This document shows positions 58,656 through 64,000 of a DNA stretch of 64,000 bases, in pieces. The notes beneath the pieces were generated by a model that was given only the letters and a program-made list of their open reading frames with translations, ran no database searches and was not told the DNA's origin. The stretch is from Rebecca billardiae RCC1528 (taxonomy: Eukaryota; Protista; Haptophyta), in the NCBI GenBank assembly GCA_965240325.2, contig OZ251244.1, forward strand, positions 744,001 to 808,000, read 5' to 3'. The translations under genes were made by a program, and so were the position numbers. Numbering within the stretch: position 1 is the first letter of the stretch; each line of letters begins with the position of its first letter.

Positions 58656-58946
58656 TACATGTATATACATACAGCTTGCTGACTCTGACCGCCTGCCCGT
58701 TGCATGACCATAACGTCGTTAAGTATATAGAGAGAGAGAGAGAGAGATATACTGATGCTGTATTGTAGAGGCGCGGAGTGCGGGTCTGAGTAGAGGCAGG
58801 TCTGGCCTTAGACACGCGGCCGCGCCGCGCCAGCATCCGGCCCTGCCAATGTTGCCATATTATATATTATAGTGCACGCCGGCTGCTGTGCGCTCTGTCG
58901 CCTGTGACATGCGCAGCGCGTCCCCGGGCCCGGCCACGACGCCAGC

Positions 58947-59708
58947 TCACGGCATGGGGTACCCCTCCAGGAGCTCAAAGCGAGAAGGGCTGCTGAGCAC
59001 GCCCTCGTCAGAGATCGAGAAGGTGGTCGAGAATGGGTGGTACTTGAGAGAGCAGGGGCACACGACACGGCCTGAGCCGCGCTTGCAGTTCGGCCCACCC
59101 AACCACCAGTTGTTGTTTGTGAGAGTCGATCCCTGGCCAATCACCATGTTCTCGCATGTAGCCAGGTTCAGCGTGCCGCTGCTGCCCACACCCTTGATCA
59201 AGAAGTTGAACGTGCCCCTGAGCATGAAATTGAGCGAGCTGGGCGCGTCGCCCATTGCGTCGATACCATAGGCTGCCCCCGTGCCCACCGCGGCCTTGAA
59301 GTCATTCGCCACTCGCTCCGTCTTCCACCGCTCAGCGAGAATCCTGAGCGCATACTTGCCAGGCTCCACGTCGTACACGTTGAGCGATTTGGCGACGAGG
59401 CGGCACCCGTCAGAGACGGAGAAAGAAGCCATCGTAAAGTTCATGTCCTGCAGCAGCCCCCCTGTCGGAGTTCCATGCGAGTCTTCGCCGTCGCAGCGTA
59501 CCATGCACCACTGGAAGGTTGCCACGTTGTCCGCCAAGAACAAGTCGTCAAAGATGCGGGAAGGCATTTCCCCCGAAGATCCAGTCGTGGTGACCAGAGC
59601 AACTGTCGCGGCTGCTGCTAGCGCGGCGAAAACGATCACGCCGACGACAAGGCGCTTGCGCTTGTTACCCGGGAGAACAGCCTGTTCCGTCGAGGGCATG
59701 GCCATCAT
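58947..59708 (-). CDS. Hypothetical type II membrane protein
   Basis: KRKR plus one TM helix (LVVGVIVFAALAAAATVALV), then a Cys-containing globular domain with GQGSTLTNNNWWLGG. Coding-like codon usage. Confidence 0.7.
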   Translation of the reverse strand: MMAMPSTEQAVLPGNKRKRLVVGVIVFAALAAAATVALVTTTGSSGEMPSRIFDDLFLADNVATFQWCMVRCDGEDSHGTPTGGLLQDMNFTMASFSVSDGCRLVAKSLNVYDVEPGKYALRILAERWKTERVANDFKAAVGTGAAYGIDAMGDAPSSLNFMLRGTFNFLIKGVGSSGTLNLATCENMVIGQGSTLTNNNWWLGGPNCKRGSGRVVCPCSLKYHPFSTTFSISDEGVLSSPSRFELLEGYPMP

Positions 59709-59987
59709 CGCGTGGCCGGGTCGCCGGGTGGGCGGAGTGATTTGGCCGGCCCGGCCGGCCGCACCTGCGCACCAAAGAAATAGAGGGGCCGCACCACCAG
59801 TCCTGTCGCGCCCGCGCACACGGCGCCCGGGCCTGGAGTCCCGGATCCACAGGAAAGGCCGCAGAACACGCGTCTTGACTCGTGAATCTTGATGACTGAT
59901 GTGATGATAACGAGTAACGACGGCGGACTGCATCAGCATGCAGTCGACGCACACGGACGGGGGCTGGCATAGGCAGGCCAGGCGCCA

Positions 59988-62420
59988 CTACAGGCGCAGC
60001 CCCTTCGGGCCGGTCAGATGCGTGGTGTGCGCCCGTGAGCCGTAGTAGAACGCCTCGTCCACGCCCGCCCGGCTGCCAGCGCCCCTGCTCGCTCCGCGCG
60101 GACGGCCGCCCGACGACGACTCCGCGGGCCTATTAGCCCCGGTGCCAGGCTCAGCCCGCACCGCGGCGGTGCTCGATGCCGCCGCGCCTGGTGAGGCGGA
60201 CACCGGCGGCGGCGCGCCCGGCGCTCCTTGCGCTGATGCCGAGGCGCTGCCGGCGCGCGCGACGCACGCAGCACGGGGAGAGTCGCCCGGCCGCCGAGCC
60301 GCCTGCCGCCGCGCCTCGCCGAGCGCTGCCCACTCGTCGTCACGTGCTGCGCCGGCTAGCACACCCGCCGCGCTCGATGGCTGGGCACCCGCCGGGCTGC
60401 CAGACGCCATCGCGCCGGCCACGGACGGCGGAGGCCCGACCGAGATGAAGAAGATGGACTGCGGGGCGGTGGGCTGGTGCGAGGGCGGCCGGTCCCACGC
60501 TGGCGGCAGCGGGGTCTCCGCCCGGCCCGCGCGCGCCGGCGGCGCGAGCGCGCTCGCGCCCCCTGCTCGCACGCCGAGCAGGCCCTGGCCGGAGCCGTTG
60601 GCCACCGCGTCCGCAAGCTCCTCCCAGCTCTGCGGCGTCTCGGCCGAAGCGAGCTCGGCCGCTGAGCCCGCGAGCTCCGCCGCCGGGCGCTCGGCTGCCG
60701 GCGGCGTGGTCCCAGCCGGTAGCTGGGCAGGTGGCTGGAGTGGCGGCTCAGGCAAGGGCAGTACTACCCTTGGCTCAGGGGCGGAAGCGCTGGCCCCAGG
60801 GGGCGGAGCGCCGGCCGCTGCGGAGGGCGTCGTCGCAAGAGCGGCCATCGCGACGCCGTCACGGGGCCACGCGCAGGCTGGCAGCCGCTCGCCGCCCGCA
60901 GCGAGGCACCCCGCGCCGCAGCCCGCGCGCGCGCGCGGCGCGGGGTCGCGAGGGGCGGCTGAGGGTGCGCACGCATCAGCCACAATGCCAAGCGGTGGCC
61001 ACAGCGGCTCCTGCTCCGGCTCAGCCGCGCGTGTGGTGGCGGCGCCGCCACCGTGCCGGCCGCGCGCACTGGCTCGCGAGCCGCCAGGCGAAGGGCCGGG
61101 GCTCGGAGCGCTCTCCCGGCCCACACCACCGTCGGCGTGGCCACGCCAGCGGGCGCGCTCCGCGTGCATGTGCAACACCGCCTCCGCGCCAAGCCGCGCG
61201 CACTCGCGCGCGTGCACGCGGCGCAGCGTCTGGTGTGCGCCGATCTCTGAGGGTAAGGAGGGCGGCGGCGGCGGCAGGAGCGGCCCCGTCGGGAGAGCCC
61301 CCAGCGGCTCGGGGCAGTGCCGGAACTGCGGCGGCGGCACCCGCCACGGCAGGTCGGTGCCGGAGAGCGCGAGCGTGTGCAGCCGCGCCATGCCAGGCGC
61401 GCAGAGCAGCGCGCACACTCCCGACTCATCCGCAAGGTCCAAATTGTCGGACAGAAAAAGATGGCGCAGGGAGAGCGTCGGCGGCCCGAGGTGCGCCGTC
61501 TCGGCGGGGCTCCCCGTGGCGCGCGCGAGGTGCTGCAGCGCGCCGTTGGTCAGTCCGCAGCCGCAGAGGCTGAGGCTCGTCAGCGGCAGCGGCGGGCCCT
61601 CGGGGCGCGCCTTGGCATCGCGCGCCGCCTCGCACAACTTGCGCACGGCCTCGTCGCCAACGCCCGTCCGGTCGAGCGTGAGCGAGCGGAGCGCCGGCGC
61701 GAGCACGCCGAGCAGCGACGCGTAGCCGCACGAGGCGTGCACCACCGGCCTCCACTCGCTCGCCGCGCCGACGCGCGGCGGCGGGCTCCGTGCGGGCGGC
61801 GACAGGTGCGCAAGCCCAGTCACGTCCAGTCGTTCAAGGCGCGGACAGAACTCCCCGAGCGCCTCCGCCAGCGGTCCACGGATCTGGCGGCAGTCTGCGA
61901 GGCAGAGCTCGCGCAGGCCGGGGCCCGCGGAGGAGCGCGCAACACCCGCGGCTTGGAGCATGCCGACGAGCGCGGGCCTGCTCAGCCCGAGGCATCCGCG
62001 CAGCGAGAGCGAGCGCACGGCGCCGTGTGCGCTCGCCGCGCGCGCGAGCAGCTGCGCAGAGCCGGCGCTGAGGCGGGAGCACGCGTCGAGACGGAGGGCG
62101 AGCTCGAGCGGCGGTGCGCCCGGGTGAGCGGTTCCAGGATGCCGGCGCAGGAGCCGCACGAGCTGCGCGCTCGTCGCGTCGTCGAGCGTGGTGCAGCCGG
62201 AGAGGTCGAGCAGCGCCGTCCGCGCGTCGACGCAGAATGGCGACGTCGCGTCGACCGCGCGCGCCCACGCGCGGCAGACCCGGCGGCATCGGCCTGCGCG
62301 GGCGGCGGGCATGAACCTCGACGAGAGGATGTGCGCGAGCACGTCGTCGTTCAGCGCGGGCTGGATGGTGGCAGGCTCCTCCTCCTCCACCTCGCCACGA
62401 CCACTACCATCGTTCGCCAT
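59988..62420 (-). CDS. F-box/LRR (FBXL-like) protein
   Basis: F-box ALNDDVLAHIL..CRRVCRAW and LRR units (LDLSGC, LSLRGC, LRELCLADC, LERLDVTG, LTSLSLCGC, LRHLFLSDN). Confidence 0.85.
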   Translation of the reverse strand: MANDGSGRGEVEEEEPATIQPALNDDVLAHILSSRFMPAARAGRCRRVCRAWARAVDATSPFCVDARTALLDLSGCTTLDDATSAQLVRLLRRHPGTAHPGAPPLELALRLDACSRLSAGSAQLLARAASAHGAVRSLSLRGCLGLSRPALVGMLQAAGVARSSAGPGLRELCLADCRQIRGPLAEALGEFCPRLERLDVTGLAHLSPPARSPPPRVGAASEWRPVVHASCGYASLLGVLAPALRSLTLDRTGVGDEAVRKLCEAARDAKARPEGPPLPLTSLSLCGCGLTNGALQHLARATGSPAETAHLGPPTLSLRHLFLSDNLDLADESGVCALLCAPGMARLHTLALSGTDLPWRVPPPQFRHCPEPLGALPTGPLLPPPPPSLPSEIGAHQTLRRVHARECARLGAEAVLHMHAERARWRGHADGGVGRESAPSPGPSPGGSRASARGRHGGGAATTRAAEPEQEPLWPPLGIVADACAPSAAPRDPAPRARAGCGAGCLAAGGERLPACAWPRDGVAMAALATTPSAAAGAPPPGASASAPEPRVVLPLPEPPLQPPAQLPAGTTPPAAERPAAELAGSAAELASAETPQSWEELADAVANGSGQGLLGVRAGGASALAPPARAGRAETPLPPAWDRPPSHQPTAPQSIFFISVGPPPSVAGAMASGSPAGAQPSSAAGVLAGAARDDEWAALGEARRQAARRPGDSPRAACVARAGSASASAQGAPGAPPPVSASPGAAASSTAAVRAEPGTGANRPAESSSGGRPRGASRGAGSRAGVDEAFYYGSRAHTTHLTGPKGLRL

Positions 62421-62568
62421 CGCTGTCCGCTCCCGGACCAAAAGGTCAAGCCGTCAAGCCTGGGAAGCAGCGGTCCGGCTCGTCCCCGCTCGGCGCTCGC
62501 AAGGCCCGGCGTGCTAAGAGGCTGCTCTGCTCGCTGCTTGAAGGCCGTAGCGGGCGCGCGCCGCGGCC

Positions 62569-64000
62569 ATGGCAGCCGAGGAGAACGACTCGGAGCTGCT
62601 GCCCATCGCCATCCTGATCGATGAGCTCAAGAACGAGGACATCCAGCTGCGCCTCAACTCGATCCGCCGGCTATCCACCATCGCGACCGCGCTCGGCGCC
62701 GAGCGCACGCGGTGTGAGCTCGTGCCATTCCTGAACGGTGCGCGCCGCGCAGGGGCGGGCGCGCGTGCGCGGCAGGGGGGACGGGCCGGCGTCGGGCGCG
62801 CACGCGCGCCCTCGTCTCCCCGCGCGCCGCGCCAGCCGCCGCCGCTCGGCCGTCCCGAGCCTCAGCCGCGCTGCTGCGCACGCCGGCCGGGCGCGCACCG
62901 CGCACCGCGCAGAGTCCATTGATGACGAGGACGAGGTGCTGCTGGCGATGGCGGAGGAGCTGGGCAAGTTCGTGCCGTTCGTTGGCGGCGCGGTGTACGC
63001 CTCCTGCCTCATCCCGCCGCTCGAGACGCTGTGCACCGTCGAGGAGACCTCGGTGCGCGAGCGCGCGGTCGAGTCACTCTCCCAAGTGGCGAGCGCACTC
63101 TCGACCGAGCACCTGCTCGCACACTTCGTGCCGCTGGTGAAGCGGCTGGCGACGGCGGACTGGTTCACCTCGCGCATATCCGCCTGCTCGCTCTTCACCG
63201 TCGCATACCCGCGGCTCCACGCCGGCGCGCGCCCCGAGCTGCGCGCGACGTTTAAAGGCCTTTGCCGCGATGACACGCCGATGGTCCGGCGCGCCGCCTC
63301 GTCCGCGCTCGGCAGCTTCGCCGGCGTGCTGGAGACGGACGTGCTCAAATCGGAGCTGATGCCGCTGTTCGTCTCGCTCTCCTCCGACGAGCAGGACTCC
63401 GTGCGCGCGCGCGCGCCGATCGACCTGCGCCGGGCGCGCCGCGCGCGCTCCGGGCGCGCAGGGCGCCGGTCGGCCGCGCGGTCGGCCAGCCGACTGGCAC
63501 CGGGACGGTCGGGCGGCGTGCGTTGGTGGCGCGCGCGGCTCGCGCGCGGGCCGCACGCGCGGCAGCACGCGCGCGCGCTCACGCGCGGCAGCACGCGCCG
63601 CCGCGCAGGTCCGGCTCCTGGCTGTCGAGAACTGCGTCGCGCTGGGCAAGCTGCTGGCGCCCGAGGACGCGCTGGCCGCCGTGCTGCCGGCGACGCGCTC
63701 GGCCGCGGCGGACAAGTCGTGGCGGGTGCGGTACGTCGTGGCGGAGCAGTTCGTCGAGCTGTGCGAGGCGCTCGGGCCCGCTGTGCTGCAGGTGCTGCGC
63801 CGCGCAGAGCCGCCCTCCGCCCCGCTCGCCGCGCGCTGCGGCGCCTCGCCGCGCGCCGCGCGGCCGCCGCCTGCGCAAGCCGCCGCCGCCCACGCGCTCT
63901 GTCGGTGCCACACCGCCGGCCTGGTTGCTGGGCGGCCCACTCGCCGCCCCCGTGCTCACACCATCCGCTCCGCGCGCGCCCGGCCGCGCGCGGCGCGCAG
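62569..64000 (+). CDS. PPP2R1A: Protein phosphatase 2A scaffold (A/PR65) subunit, 5' part; exons 62569-62737, 62913-63400, 63609-63791, continuing beyond the window
   Basis: [79 protein letters not shown] and DKSWRVRY. Confidence 0.97.

Overview
This is a very GC-rich eukaryotic window with short GT(GC)-AG introns that typically start GTGCGC and end GCGCAG. The composition, the intron style and a bipartite plastid-targeting peptide suggest an alga with a secondary plastid, probably a haptophyte of the Pavlovales type (inference). I modelled 17 protein-coding genes by hand: R2R3-MYB, a XopQ/HopQ1-like nucleoside hydrolase-6TM-TIR fusion, a Zn2Cys6 transcription factor, condensin CAP-D2, QCR9, a Pro-rich orphan, a plastid amino-acid transporter, a tandem lamin-tail-domain membrane protein, a frameshifted F-box/RCC1 gene, MLH1, a polycystin-2-like channel, an RTX-repeat secreted protein, a second 6TM-TIR protein, a MYND-finger protein, an orphan type II membrane protein, F-box/LRR and a PP2A-A scaffold truncated at the window end. 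Seven non-autonomous DNA transposons are delimited by TIRs, most with TSDs, including a nested cluster at 4.9-9.8 kb. The most striking signal is the pair of membrane-anchored TIR proteins that retain the catalytic-position Glu, one of them fused to a XopQ/HopQ1-type hydrolase. This is a candidate nucleotide-signalling or immune module. All calls come from reading motifs by eye; no database searches were run.
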